A DNA stretch of 64,000 nt, from the NCBI GenBank assembly GCA_977018835.1, contig OZ361260.1:3782001-3846000 (forward strand), given 5' to 3'. The stretch comes from Minutocellus sp. GHC0000111. Its lineage: Eukaryota. The notes under the pieces were generated by a model. It did no database searches. It worked only from the letters and a program-made list of their open reading frames with translations, and was not told where the DNA came from. Positions 33,071 through 46,019 of the stretch are shown one piece after another. Position 1 is the first letter of the stretch; each line of letters starts with the position of its first letter. The position numbers and the translations under genes were made by a program.

Positions 33071-34681
33071 ATGAGCAACGATAACGCCACCACCACCGAA
33101 AACGAAGGGGACCTTCCAATCCTCCTCCACCAGACGTCCAACCCGTCGGCACCCCGCATCACCGTCACTCTTCCCACCGATACCACCCCCCCCTCGTCGG
33201 CCAACACGTTGCGCCGCCTGGCATCCGACGCCACGGCCATCCCCTTCGATTCCCTCCGGTTGATCTACCGGGGCAAGATCATCGCCGCCGGGGACGACGG
33301 CAACGTCGTCGAGGAGTACAAGCTGGAGGAGGGGTGCGTGGTGCACTGCCTGGGCAAGGCGACCGGCACCCCTGCGGCGTCGGCGTCGTCGTCGGCGTCG
33401 GCTGTTGGAACTACCGCCGCCAGCACGACCGGTGCAGCTACTACTGCCAACAATACCGGCGGGAGCAGGCCGGTCGGTTCCTCGGTCATTCCTCCTCCTG
33501 CCGCCGCTGCCACTTCAGCTCCAGCCGCCGCATCTTCAACCACCACGAGCACCAGCAGCACCCCCCTCCAAACCGCCCTGACCACCCTGCAAACCTCCTC
33601 CCCCAACCCCGACGCCTACGCCACGGCCCTGACCACCCTGTCCAAGCTGCTGGGCAACATCACCTCCAATCCCACCGTCGAAAAGTATCGCAAGGTGAAA
33701 AGGTCCAACCCGGCCTTTCAGAAGCGATTGGGGGGACTGGGAGGCGGACACGACGTCATGCTGGCGGTTGGCTTTGGGGTGGAGATGGTCGAGGGTGTGG
33801 AGCACTATGTGTTGGTGGCCAATGCCGAGGCGTGGACCAAGTTGGTGGACAGCCAAAAGGTGGTGGAGGGTGCGTTGGTCGAGGCCAAGAGGACTACTGC
33901 AGGTAGTGGTGGTGGTGTGAGTGGTGCTGGTATGGCTGGTGCTGGTGCATCTCCATTTGGCACCGGTATGCCTCCTGCCGGTGGTATGGGCATGGGCGCC
34001 GGCATGGGCGGCATGCCCGGCATGCCTGGAATGCCCGGCATGGGCGGCGGGGACATGTCGGCCATGATGAACTCCCCTCAAATGCAGGCCGCGGCGGCCG
34101 AGATGATGAGCAACCCGCAGGCCATCCAGTCGATGCTGCAGAATCCCATGGTGAGGCAGATGATGGAGAACGATCCGCGCTTCGCCAACAATCCCATGGC
34201 ACGGATGGCGCTCGAGAGGATGACGAACGATCCGCAGGCCTTGCAGCAGATGAGTCGGATGATGAGCGATCCCAATACGCGGCAGATGATGATGAACATG
34301 CAGAATGCGGCCATGAACAACAACGGCGGCGGTGGTGGTGGTATGGGCGCCGGTATGGGTGGCGCTGGTGGTATGGGTGGTGCAGGAACTGGAACTGGAA
34401 CTGGAACTGGTGCAACTCCACCCAATCCAGCCCAGCTCGCCGAGCAGATGCGGCTGATGCAGCAGATGATGGGGGCCATGGGCGGTGCCGGTGGTACAGG
34501 CATGCCTCCGCATCCATCATCGGCAGGTGCCAACAATACCACCAGCGACAGTACTGGTCAGCAGCAGCAGCAGAACAATAGTAACAATACCAACAGCAAC
34601 AGTGGTGGCGGCAACGACGACGAGATGACCGAAGAGGAGATGATCCAGGAGGCCATCCGGCGGTCGTTGAACGAGAACTAG
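33071..34681 (+). CDS. Ubiquilin-like adaptor: UBL, PUB, STI1 repeats and C-terminal UIM
   Basis: UBL LRLIYRGKII...YKLEEGCVVHCL; PUB NITSNPTVEKYRKVKRSNPAFQKRL; STI1 MMSNPQ..QSMLQNPMVRQMM; UIM TEEEMIQEAIRRSL. Confidence 0.8.
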   Translation: MSNDNATTTENEGDLPILLHQTSNPSAPRITVTLPTDTTPPSSANTLRRLASDATAIPFDSLRLIYRGKIIAAGDDGNVVEEYKLEEGCVVHCLGKATGTPAASASSSASAVGTTAASTTGAATTANNTGGSRPVGSSVIPPPAAAATSAPAAASSTTTSTSSTPLQTALTTLQTSSPNPDAYATALTTLSKLLGNITSNPTVEKYRKVKRSNPAFQKRLGGLGGGHDVMLAVGFGVEMVEGVEHYVLVANAEAWTKLVDSQKVVEGALVEAKRTTAGSGGGVSGAGMAGAGASPFGTGMPPAGGMGMGAGMGGMPGMPGMPGMGGGDMSAMMNSPQMQAAAAEMMSNPQAIQSMLQNPMVRQMMENDPRFANNPMARMALERMTNDPQALQQMSRMMSDPNTRQMMMNMQNAAMNNNGGGGGGMGAGMGGAGGMGGAGTGTGTGTGATPPNPAQLAEQMRLMQQMMGAMGGAGGTGMPPHPSSAGANNTTSDSTGQQQQQNNSNNTNSNSGGGNDDEMTEEEMIQEAIRRSLNEN

Positions 34682-34699
34682 CTAGAGTAATACTAGTAT

Positions 34700-34785
34700 T
34701 GCTGTACAGTAATATATATATATATTGTTATTATGGAAAGAAATGCTGTACAGTAATATATATATTGTTATTATGGAAAGAAATG
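34700..34785. repeat. Short tandem duplication between convergent genes
   Basis: GCTGTACAGTAA(TA)nTTGTTATTATGGAAAGAAATG occurs twice. Confidence 0.8.
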
Positions 34786-34840
34786 AATACTTTGCATTTG
34801 CACAACTGCGCAATGCAAATACAAATAACATCAACCCATT

Positions 34841-36094
34841 TTATCTCAGACTCGTAGCCGGACTCACGCTGGCACAAACACTGCAACGAACGAGGGAGGC
34901 CATCTTATGAACGCGTATCCCTCTCGTGCAGTTGAGACATCTTACGAGATGCTCGTCATCTCCCACATCCATTGCCCTCTCCACTAAAACGGATGCTGGC
35001 AGGTCCAAATCATCGTTCTTATCCACAGGTGCATTGCCATCGGAATTCTCTTGTCTGCTAGAACGCAATTTCACCACCTGTCCCGTGCACAGATCGGGAA
35101 CGTCTCGCCACGCGGCCGTGTACTTGTCATCGATGCTGGCCGTGCCTTTTCGGGGTAGGGGCATCGGCGGCTCAATCGGTCCCGGTGGCGGAGGTGGCCG
35201 TCCCCTCCTTGGCTTGGGCGGTGGAGGACGCGTGTGCGGCGTCCTTCGCGGTATCCTCCCCACTCCCGCCGAATCATCGAAATCCTCATCGACAAAATCC
35301 GTCGTTTCCACCGCTTGCTGCTGTTGTTGCTGCTCCTGTATCCTGACAGCCTCCCTCCTCGCGTCGTTCAGCGCCATGATCCGATACTGCTCTCGTATCT
35401 GCTGCTCGTCTGTATCTGGTCTCATCACGGCCTCGGAATATCCCTCGCCGATATTACTCCTGCCAGTACCAGTGCCACCACCGCCGCCACCACTGGTATT
35501 CCCACCGCGGCCACCCGTCCTCACAGCATCTGGATGAGGTGGCGGCGGGGCGATGCCCCCAAGTGGACCGGCATCAGATGCAGCGGCGGCGGCAGCATCG
35601 AGCCCATTATTGCCACTGCTGCCCGTGCCCGGTCCCCATAAATCATCGACTCGCGCCAGCAGCTCACCCGTTGCAGTGGAAGCGGTCGCTGCGCTGTCCA
35701 TGTGCATGGGTATTTCCCGGGCTTGAGTCGCACCACCGCCAGCACCGCGTGCACCATTCGCGTTGGCATTCTCAGCGGCGGCAATTTGAGCCAATAAATC
35801 GTTGGTCGTTGTGCTGCGCCTACGAGAAGCGTCGGTGCCGCCGACATCGTAATCGGTCGCCGTCTCGTCCTCATCGTCGTCATGAGTGACGCGATCTCGA
35901 CTGAGGCTGTCCAATACTTCAAGAGCTGCCTCGGCACCGACGTGATGAGCACCGGAACTGCCAAGTCCGCCAGCGGTGCCGCCTCGACGTCGGTCTGCCT
36001 GGGCGGCCTCCAATGTCGCCTGGGCCTCCATCAGACTTCGGACGAAGGAGGATCGGCCTTCGGAATCTCGCTGATGTTCGTGGTCGTCCGCCAT
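34841..36094 (-). CDS. Hypothetical low-complexity protein with a C-terminal LSD1-like Zn ribbon
   Basis: 417-aa ORF ending RCLNCTRGIRVHKMASLVRCSVCASVSP. Confidence 0.65.
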   Translation of the reverse strand: MADDHEHQRDSEGRSSFVRSLMEAQATLEAAQADRRRGGTAGGLGSSGAHHVGAEAALEVLDSLSRDRVTHDDDEDETATDYDVGGTDASRRRSTTTNDLLAQIAAAENANANGARGAGGGATQAREIPMHMDSAATASTATGELLARVDDLWGPGTGSSGNNGLDAAAAAASDAGPLGGIAPPPPHPDAVRTGGRGGNTSGGGGGGTGTGRSNIGEGYSEAVMRPDTDEQQIREQYRIMALNDARREAVRIQEQQQQQQAVETTDFVDEDFDDSAGVGRIPRRTPHTRPPPPKPRRGRPPPPPGPIEPPMPLPRKGTASIDDKYTAAWRDVPDLCTGQVVKLRSSRQENSDGNAPVDKNDDLDLPASVLVERAMDVGDDEHLVRCLNCTRGIRVHKMASLVRCSVCASVSPATSLR

Positions 36095-36368
36095 GCTATG
36101 TAAGTACTAGCTAGTCTAGGAAAGCAGGCCGATAGATAGGCAGGGTGCTAAATTCACTGTCGCCTTTTGAGAGCATCAAAAGGCAAGGCACCAAGGGTAG
36201 CAAGATACCGCCTCAACGACGAAAGAGAACACAAGATGTTGTAATAATGACCGTTGTGATGTTGTGATGTTGTGATGCGCGATGATTTGGAAAAATCGTA
36301 GGTCCATCCGTCGTCGGTCATTCTGGTGCAAGCTCGCTCATTCTTCCACGAGGATACGAGGAACGAAC

Positions 36369-38473
36369 ATGGCCGGGCACCGCCGCCGTTTCCTTGACGG
36401 GATCCTCCCGCCATTCCTCACACCACCGGTCTGCTCCATACTCATCACGGAGGTGGCTGAGAGGTTCTCCTACTTTGGTTTTCGGGCCATCCTCGTGCTA
36501 TACTTTCACCAGGCATTGGGATACGACGAGAGCCAGGCGGTGGCATACTTTGCATTTGTCTTTTGTACCGCCTACTTCACTCCCGTGTTCGGTGCAATCG
36601 TTGCCGATTCCTACATCGGACGGTATCGCACCATCCTTTGGTTTGGTCTGGCGTACTTTGTGGGGTTGGCGGTGTTGACTGCGGGTGCTTACTTGCCTGA
36701 ATCTGGGGAGAGTAGTGAAGAGAACGAGGGTGGCAATACCAATATCGACAACAATGCCGGTACTGACCCCAGATCTAATTCGTTGCTTCTGAAGGAACTG
36801 CTGACGCTCGCAGGGTTGGCATTCGCTTGCATCGGTACTGGCGGGATCAAGCCATGCGTTTCAGCTTTTGGCGCCGACCAGGTAGCCGAAGATGACGGTC
36901 CTTCGACTGCAATACAAAAGTCAAAAGCACATGGGATGGATTGCGACGATCGTGGGGAGGCGATCCATGTGGAACTGCGACACAATTCATCTGTTTGCAG
37001 CGAGTCTTCTGGGCAGGAGCATCATGTCCGATCATTTTTCTCCTTCTTCTACTTTGGGATAAACGTCGGTGCCGTGCTCTCAATCGCTCTCGTGCCGATA
37101 ATTCGGGGACACTATGGGTTCGGGGCAGCATTTCTCGCGCCAACAATATTTTTGGCTCTGGCAATGACAGTATTTGTTTCGGAACGCAAGGCATACAAAC
37201 ACTTGAGAGGTGACGATAACTCTTTCGCTACGGCATTCAAGGTGTTCTTCCTCCTGCTGAAGGAACAAATAATTGCAAAGTGGCTTGTCATTTGGGCATA
37301 TTGTTCCAGCTGTCGGAGGAGAAGGCATCACAAGTTGAGCAAATCTGAGCTCGTTGGAGAGCAATTGGTTTACGTTGACAAGAGAGCCAATGGGCTGAAT
37401 GGCAGCCTATCGAACGGCAGGCAAATAGTTGATACAAATGGAGGGATAGTGGAGCAACCCTCGGTAAAACAATCAAATCTTGAGGATCGATATCCAAAGA
37501 AAATCATCGAAGATGCCCGGACTGTGTTGAGACTTGCTCCGGTCCTCTCTATGCTTCCAGTTTTCTGGATGCTGTATGATCAACAGGTGAGTATACACAA
37601 TTCTTTACTGGCTCAAATTATTTTGGCTCCAAGTCTTCACAATCGATTTACCTGTGATCATGCTCACATAAACACAGGGAAGCGTTTGGACACTGCAAGC
37701 CACCAGGATGAAGCTACATGGGTATCAACCTGAGCAGTTGAATGTAGTGAATCCTATCGAGATTCTAGTTCTAGTTCCTTTATTTGAAAAGATAATCTAT
37801 CCTTATCTTGAGTCTCGCAACTTTCGGATAACCCATGTGAGACGAATGGCGGTAGGAATGTTTTTCACGTCAATATCATTTGTTGTCAGTGGGATACTTG
37901 AGTCGGCAATCGAAGCACGAGAGGAAGCCGGCGAAGAGAAAATCAGCGTCTTTTGGCAACTACCACGTAAGTTACTTCACATGACAATGCACTGTGTGAG
38001 GGTATGGAGGTTTTGGTCAGAGGCTCATATCACGGTATCTTTTGACATTTCTTTTCCGTCAAAGTTTCTCCTCTCTTTCAACTGCTTTCGCAGAAATAAC
38101 AATATTGGCATGTGCCGAGATCTTAGTGAGTGTGACGGGGCTTGAGTATTCCTATTCCAGCTCTCCGGAAAGTATGAAGGCGTTTGTGCTGGCCCTCTAC
38201 TTACTCACAACATCCATCGGCGACCTGCTGGGTGGTGTTCTGTATTCCAGTGTTTTTGCCACCCTCAACCGAGCGATTACATTGCACCTTTGTGCTTTCA
38301 TAATGCTTCTCAATTTGTTCTGTTTTATTGGGGTCGCTCGTTGGTACGAGAATTCGATTGTTCAAAAAGATGAAAACGAAGGCAATGCAGATGGGTCTGC
38401 TGCAGGTGAATGGGCTGATCGAGATAAATTTGGCTCACCAGGAGCCAAAATTGAATTGACCCCGAGCACATAG
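36369..38473 (+). CDS. Proton-dependent oligopeptide transporter (PTR/POT/NPF family)
   Basis: EVAERFSYFG (ExxER), GAIVADSYIGRYRTI, GTGGIKPCVSAFGADQ and FYFGINVG. Introns at 37587-37677 and 37967-38093 join the frames. Confidence 0.9.
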
Positions 38474-38921
38474 ACTAGCTAAAAATGAATTTAACCGGCC
38501 TTTTTCTTTTATCTCTGTAAATTTAGGCATTCCTACTGGCTTCTATGGTGCCGTATGCTAGCCTACATTCTCCGTACAGGCCCATTGGTCTATGGATTCG
38601 GCCTGCCCCCACACAAAAGAAAGGTGGTCTCCCTCCCAAGCGCGAGTTCAGTTTTGTGGTGCTGTGCCAAGGCGTTGGCGGTTGCTACATACGGCAACGT
38701 ACTGTACGTAGAAGTCTTACATGTACGTGCCGCGTACCTAGGTACGTACCAGCGACGACGTGTCGGCGTTGCGGCAAAGGCGAAAAAGCGTTCGGCGCTC
38801 GTCATCTCGTCGTTCATCGCACTGAACTGCCTACGAGTACGACAGTAGCAGTACTAGTAGTATGTTGGCGCGCTGTACTCAGTCAGGCCAAGCAGACAGT
38901 AACGAATAAGTAGTAAACAGC

Positions 38922-41900
38922 ATGGCATCCGAGCTTCGACGTCGGCCCAACGCGGCGGATGGGGTCGACGCCAACGCCAGCAAACCAGGCAGTAGCCCGT
39001 ATCATTTTCTCATCTCTGATGATGATAACAATACGAGTGAGAAGAACGAGGATTCCGATACTTATTGTGACGATGATAACGAAAGCAAAAACACAGGCAC
39101 ATCGCCGCCAACAAATGACAATGGAGGTGGTGGATTCAATTTCTTCGGCCTCTTCACTCCTCCCAAGAAGAAGGAGCCGACGACCGGTCCGCCAGCCAAG
39201 AACACGCGAATCCTCATTGAGGTTGTAGCCTGCCAGAATATCACGCCGGTCACCGACCTGTTGGGCAACAAGGCGAATGACCTCCTCCTCACCGATGGTG
39301 CAGGAAATCCCCATGCAACGATCCGTATGCCAACTTCCCAAAGCCGTATCAGTGGTAGTGCCGCTCCGACTATTCACAAAACGCGGCCTTCCCCCGAAGC
39401 AAGACGCTGTCTCCCATCTGGACTGTGAGGACTTCGTCTTTGTATTTGCTTTTGGTCAACGATAAGGAGTTCGAGCTAAGTGCAGGGTTGACTTTTGAGG
39501 TGTTGACTGGACGAGGGGCTCTCTTGCCCTTTAGCCATGGGGAGGTTACCGTCCCTCCTGAGACCATCCTGGAAGGGAAAGGGGAGAGGTTGGAATTTCA
39601 TCTGAAGAGCAAGGAGAAGGAGGGTGCGGATGACACTCCCAGCAAAGATGCCGACGAACATGAAAAGGTTCAGAATGTTTTGGCCCTCCGGTTTCGACGT
39701 GCTACTGAGGAGGATATGCAATTTATGCTTGCTGTGCAGAAGGGCCAAGACTTGCAAAAGTCGATGAATCAGATGACCTCGCCCACTGCTAATGGCAAGA
39801 AAAATTCTCAGACGAATGAGAGCGAAGAGATGGATGCCTTTGACAAGAAGCCCTTTGTCGGTGGTGCGTCTGACTTTCAATTCAAACAAGAACGGCCACC
39901 ACGCGGCCATCGGCAGAAAAAAACGGCTAAGCAGCTCAATCTTGTTGAGATTCGTGGTGGTGCCAAGGGTGATGCATCGGCGGAAAAGGAAGAGCTTGTG
40001 CGAGTGCAGCCATATCCCGATCCGAGTCGGGAGGCAGAGACGACTTGGCTATCGCCCAAGGAAATTGAGAAGGAGGCAATGTCGGCAAGTAGGAAGTGGA
40101 TCAAGGCGGGGAAGGGTGCCTTTGGAATATGTTATGGTGAGCTTGCTTATAGTATCATGTTTGTATCTTGAATATTTGATTTTCAATGATATCACCTCGA
40201 GGCCCTCACCCAATCTCTTTCCTATTACACTTGACCGTAGTGGAGATATTGAGCTGCGATGGACTTCCCAATTTGGACGAAACTCCTGCGGGAGTCCCTG
40301 CTACAGGGGATAAAACTGACGCGTTCGTGGCCATGCTATTTGAAGATACTCTTGTTCGGACCGATGTTATCTTCGATCGACTGAATCCCCGCTGGATGCC
40401 GTGGTCGATGCGTGCATTTGCATTTCCTATTCAGCATCCAGGATCTCCATTGATTCTGGCCGTCTTTGATTACGATCAGGGTCCCATGAACGCCCACGAC
40501 CCCATTGGGCGTGTTGTCATCAACATGACGAATTTCGAAGCTGAGACTGTTTACAACTTATCGTACAAGCTGCACAACAGTATCATGAAGGACGACGATC
40601 AAGGGGTCTTGAAGATGCGCCTCCGGATTGAGTATAATGACGAAAAGAAGGCATATCTTGAATCCTTTGGAAAAGCCCCGCGCTTTCACGTGAATGTTTC
40701 TAACCCCAAAGCATTCGAGGTGTTGAAGTACATGATTAAAGGTGATGTGAACATGGATAAAGCAACAACGCAGACAGTGAAACTCTTTGCCTATGAGCTG
40801 TTGTCTTATTTCGAGTATCACTTTTATGTCATTGACTTCATGATTGGAATTCTAATTGTGGCGAGGAGAGATGAAAATCGGAAGTCAAGGTCGCCACGTC
40901 TGGTTCCCACTGCATTCGGCAGTCCTATTTTTGAGCACCGTAACAGTCATTGAACACCCTTCGTTGATTCCTGCCTCGTTTTTTCTTGCGATAGCATATG
41001 TAATGGGGACAATTGGATTTATGAGGAGCCATTACCCGAATCCATGGGACCGATGCAAGGTAAGTCTATTTTTGGCAGGATTTTGGTTTCTATCAAGATC
41101 CTCCATCGCCTCTCACCCTAACCTCTGCATTGCCCCATTCATGAATCTTGTTCTCTACACATTCAGTCGATAATTGAAGTCTCCTCGGTTCTTGCAACCG
41201 GTAAGAATATAAAACGACCAATTGTCATCGACGCCAACGATGGAGCCAAAGAGGCCGAGCTTCTTGATGCAGTCAATAAGGCAAAGACGGACCGAGTGCT
41301 TACGTTCCTGAAGGCAGTCAAGACTGCAGGACTCAAGTTCAATAGAGAATATAACAAGACAGATTTTGAGGCGCTCGCGATCGAGACCGAAGATGTCGAC
41401 AATTCTTATCTCGGGCAATATCTCTAATACCTTCATCTTCCTTTGTCATGTGAGTATTCTTGATGCTAGGGTGAAATGGAATCATCCCACTGCTTATTAT
41501 CTTTGGAAATGATGGCTAACTCTTTTTGCTGCCTCTGTTTCTTGAACCATGTAATTCATCAATATGGTACCTACCGTACATACCGTTCGCAGACATTTGT
41601 CTGGCCTCAAGAGCGCTCCGAAGCCTCCTTACATGGCGTTCACCAAAGTCGTACTTCATCACTGTTTACAGTTTCTTTGCTGGCGTAACACTCCTCGTTA
41701 TTCCCTGGGGGTTCCTGCTCACATGGACGTCGAGGCTTTTAGCGTGGACCTTGCTTGGGCCCTGGTGAGTGACAATTGGCCAGATTGCTAAGCGCTGATC
41801 ATGGTCGGTCCGTTATTCTTTGATTTATAATATTCACTGAAGGGCTTATTATTAACCTTGCTATGCTATTGCTTTCTTTCCTTGCAAATGCTTCTCTACT

Positions 41901-42312
41901 ACATGTACTGCGCAGGATGAAGTTGTTCGATATTTTCTTCGTTAAGGGCTACTATCGTACGAGGGCTGAGCTCGCGGCAGACCCAACAATTGAAGAACCC
42001 GATATTGATTCCATATTTGCAGATGCAAAATATAGTGCGCTGGCAAAGAAGGTTCGTGTAGCTGCAGAGGATGCCATCAAGCTGAAAGAAATGCGAGAGC
42101 ATCGCTTTGGAACATACAGCTGCCGGGTACCAGCTTCTGACGAGTCTCGTTTCCCAAGTATTCCCATGCCTCAGTCCACGGCCCGGCCCTATGATGCCTC
42201 TGGATCTCATGACATGGAGTACCATTATCTCGGTCCTGACGAATGTAGTTTTGTGAAGCTTCCCGGTCAAAAGCTCCATGGCACAATGGTTCATCGTAGG
42301 GAAGAGGACTAG
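38922..42312 (+). pseudogene. Multiple C2-domain/TM (MCTP-like) protein, multi-exon, with two frameshifts in this assembly
   Basis: C2 motifs VEILSCDGLPNLD...DKTDAFV...NPRWMPW...AVFDYD...HDPIGRVVI and a C-terminal hydrophobic region. Frame breaks at ~39385-39407 (23-bp insertion) and ~40854 (one extra A). Confidence 0.7.
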
Positions 42313-42681
42313 CGCAAGGAATCCCTATCTCTCGGACAACGGAGAACATTTTATTTTTCTATTCATTCATTTTTCATTTCACTTCGTACAGTAGAATTAC
42401 TAAAGATAGATTTTCATTATTTTTGGATGGGATACAACGCAACGTACCGGTACATTGGGAGCTTTTCATGGATCATTACATGTGTCCTGATCGTCCAGTC
42501 AATGATGGCATGGGCAAAAAGCTTCCAAATGACCAAGTCGTGACATCATTTATTTTTCTCCGTCGCGTCGCGTCGCGTCGCTCGGCAATCGTTTTTCAAG
42601 CGAAGATACCGCCACTATCGCCACTTCATTGACTCGACTCACGTGACTGTACCGGCCTGCCTCCTTTGAGTATCCGATAGC

Positions 42682-44260
42682 ATGGAAGCACCAGCCCACA
42701 AAAAGCAGAAGAAGGCACATCTGCCAGTCGCCGATGGCGGCAATGCCACCCAGAAGGCCTCGGCCTCTGGTTGGGCGTCGCTGACCCCGGAGCTGGTCGG
42801 GACCCTGAGCAAATATCTTGACCTGCCGATGCCACCATCCGCCTCGAAGAAGCGAAATGGTGATGATGGAATTTCTTCAGATGGACCCAGCGCCGCTAGT
42901 AATGGCAACAACAAGCTCGGGGAGCTCATGAATCTATGCCTCGTCGCTGGACCGAAGACGGCGGCATCAATTCGGCATGCGTATCTGCGGAACAACGAGA
43001 CGTTCCTGCTGTACTCAACGCTATTGTCATCCGAGCAGGAATGCTCAGAAGATGAGGTTAAAGCGTTGACCAAAGGACGTGCTAACATCCGACAGTGGAT
43101 GCAGGTGAATCAGGACTGGAAGTCTCGGTGCTCGGACCCTAAGCGCTTCCAGAAGTACCAAGAAGAGGCTACTCTCAGGCTCCTCTTCCCGCATCACATT
43201 GCCGGAGAAGGTTTGAAGTTTGATATCGTGGCCGGGAGGTTTCTCAAGCTCAAAAGTGTTGATGAACGCTTTTATGACACTGCTTCAGATGAACACAAGA
43301 TGCGAATTGCTGATCTAATTGGTCACTATCTTATTAGTATCGGAAATTCTCGTGGCGTGATGCGTTTTGCCATGCATGGCGACTCGTTCGAGGATTTGCT
43401 TGAAGAGCTCAAGGTGGAACCCAGTGCGACCGAAGAGCTGGATGATGAAGGCTTTACGGAATCGTCTTATCTCAAGTTGAAGTCCCTTCGACACCCAGAT
43501 GCTATTTTTGGCAATCCAGTCTTTGCGACCGAGCTAGGACTGGCCGAGGTGGTCCAATTCCTCATCGAGGAGAAGGGGTTGGATGTAAACGGGTCTTGGA
43601 ACGGCCTCTACGTGTGGAATCAGCCACACTCGCTTCCGTTGACTGCGTGTGGTCTTTCTCCTGATATCTAAGTTTCTGAATTACCTCTTGAATGTGCCGG
43701 GCGCAAACTTTGGGTTCAGACTGGCCAGCTGGCCAGGAAGTACCCATCTGGATGGAGGCACGCTTGTTCACTGGCTCATCACGCAATCCGACACTGAGAG
43801 GCACCAGATGGAACGCATTGAGGCAGTGCTAGGACACAGAACCGTAGACATCAACGCGCAGCTACCCTCCAATAATATCACAACACTCCACCTTCTTTGC
43901 ATGGGCAATCACACCATTGGGGATATTGACAAGATGCACCTTCTGTTGAACCACGGCGCCGATATTTACTCGGCAACAAGTGAGGAGTCTGGAGGCATTA
44001 CCCCTCTGGAATTTCTCTATATGTTCAAAGTAGAGAACAATGAATGTTGGGTGCAGAAAGTTGCCCTTCTGATGCAAGCCTCAGGCGCGTCGAACGAGGC
44101 TGAGGTTATTGAAAACTTTCCATTCCTTTCGCGCAGAATAGATATGTGGTACTGTTTCCTTGCTCGAACACAAATCAATGAGTGCTGGTGTGCTGGTACG
44201 CTGGTTCGTAGTTTGTACTGGTGTTGTACCCTACTAGATCTAGTACGCAGTAGCTCCTAA
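42682..44260 (+). CDS. Ankyrin-repeat protein with a frameshift at ~43669
   Basis: ATELGLAEVVQFLIEEKGLDVN and TTLHLLC...LLLNHGADIYS...ITPLEFL. Two ORFs overlap in different frames. Confidence 0.65.
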
Positions 44261-44500
44261 GTAGTAGTAGATGGCGCTTTGTTGTCTGTGATTGATTACC
44301 CCTTAAATAAATACTCTCTAACTCTACTGTGTTGCAGCAATGCTGGTACTTCCAAGCGAGTCGAGTCAGCAAAGCGCTGCCGTCTCTTGAAACCAGATTT
44401 TTGAGCTCGCAGATTCTAGCTACTAGACTAGCTGGACGAGCGATATAATTCAACAATTGGCTATCCAAACTGAGCAAGCTGAGAGTATGTTCTCAAGTAC

Positions 44501-46019
44501 TTACTGGAACAGCCCCTTCTTGATGACCCGCCCAATGTTGCCGTGAAGCTTCTCGGTGGCGAGCTCTACAACGGCCTGGCTGGCCTTGCCAAGCTCACCT
44601 TCGTCATCCGCAGCCGAAGCGGCTGTAGCCGAAGCGGACGCAGCCGCGGCGGTACCCTGCCCACCACCAACTAAAGCAGGCGGGTTGCCACCCTCCGCGG
44701 ACGAAGCGCCGGCACCAGAAGGCGAGGCAGCACCACCGGCCGATCCGGCAGCAGCGGGAGGGGCAGCCATACCTCTGGCAGCCTGAGCACCGAGTCCACG
44801 GGTGCTGCGTCCACGTCCACCGCCAAGGCCAAGGCTCTGACCAAAGGCGTCGGCGAATGGATCGGCCATGCCACCCCACCCGCTGGCTCCCATACCACCA
44901 CCGGCCCCGCCGCCGGCCCCACCATGCTTGACGAGGTCCAAATCCCGAACCTTGTCGGCAGCCGAAGCGACCCGATCGGGGAAGCGATCGCGGTTCTCCG
45001 TCTCGAGCATGGGGGCCGAACCCAGCGTCCGCATCCACAGAAAGTTGTTGGTCAGGATGCCCATGACGTTCCGGGCGCTGCCGCTCATGTAGGTCTCGAC
45101 GTCGAGCTCGTAGTACCGGCTCCGGCACGATCCCCACCGCTCGAGGCGGGCCTGCTCGTCGGCGATGACGGTGCCGTCGGGACATTCGTTGGGGACGGGA
45201 GAGTTGTACTCCGGCGGGTAGGCACGGAAGGCCTTCATTTCGGGCACGTTCTTGGCCAGCGAGCGGAGTGGATCGATGACGACGGCCAGGAAGGGGTTGC
45301 CGTGCGGATCCTCGGCACGCTGCCATTGGAGCTGGGTGGTCAGATCGGTCTGGGAAAGGAAGCAGTGCGAGTTGATGCCGACGTCGAAGGGGTGGGAGTG
45401 ATACCATCCCATGAACTTCTCCTTCCGGGTGCGCTGATGATGCATGAAATGAATTGGATGACAAGAGGTGAAAGGGTGGATAGATGATATATCATCATGT
45501 GGTGAGACCTTGAGAAGATGCAAAGATATATTGTATCCATCCAAATGCTTTGCCCTGCATGAAGTCTCATCACTTGGCATAACTCGACACACAGGCAGAA
45601 CAAACTCACCTCCAGAGATTCTCCGAGCTCAATCATGTAATTGACCACGTCCTGATCGTCGGCAATGACCCGCGTCTCAAATCCCTCAATGGGCAGAGGA
45701 AAGACGTCGGTCACCACCAAGGTCTTGGGCGTGTCGGGATCGGGACGGCCCAGCATCAGCCCCATGACCTCGATGGGATTGCCCCCCTTCTTCAGTCCCT
45801 TCTCGACGCCGGAATGGCAGTGCATCAGCATCTTCATCACCGCCGAGGGACTGAAGGCGGCCGATTGGAAGTACTTGGGGTCGTTCTGCCACGGGGCCGA
45901 CGAGCGGAGGGAGGAGAGGCGGGCTTCGTCGAAGGTGTACCTAGGTAGCGCGCGTCGGACTTGTCGAGGGGAGCGGCGGTGGTTGCAGTAGAGGTGGTGG
46001 ATACTGGTTCGACCTCCAT
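44501..46019 (-). CDS. CSN5: COP9 signalosome subunit 5 (JAMM/MPN+), with an 8-bp frameshifting insertion near the N-terminus
   Basis: PW..DPKYF, MKMLMHC.SG, EVMGLMLG, FPLPIEGFETRV, GWYHSHPF, FLSQTD, AVVIDPLRS and AFRAYP. Intron at 45434-45609. Confidence 0.9.
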
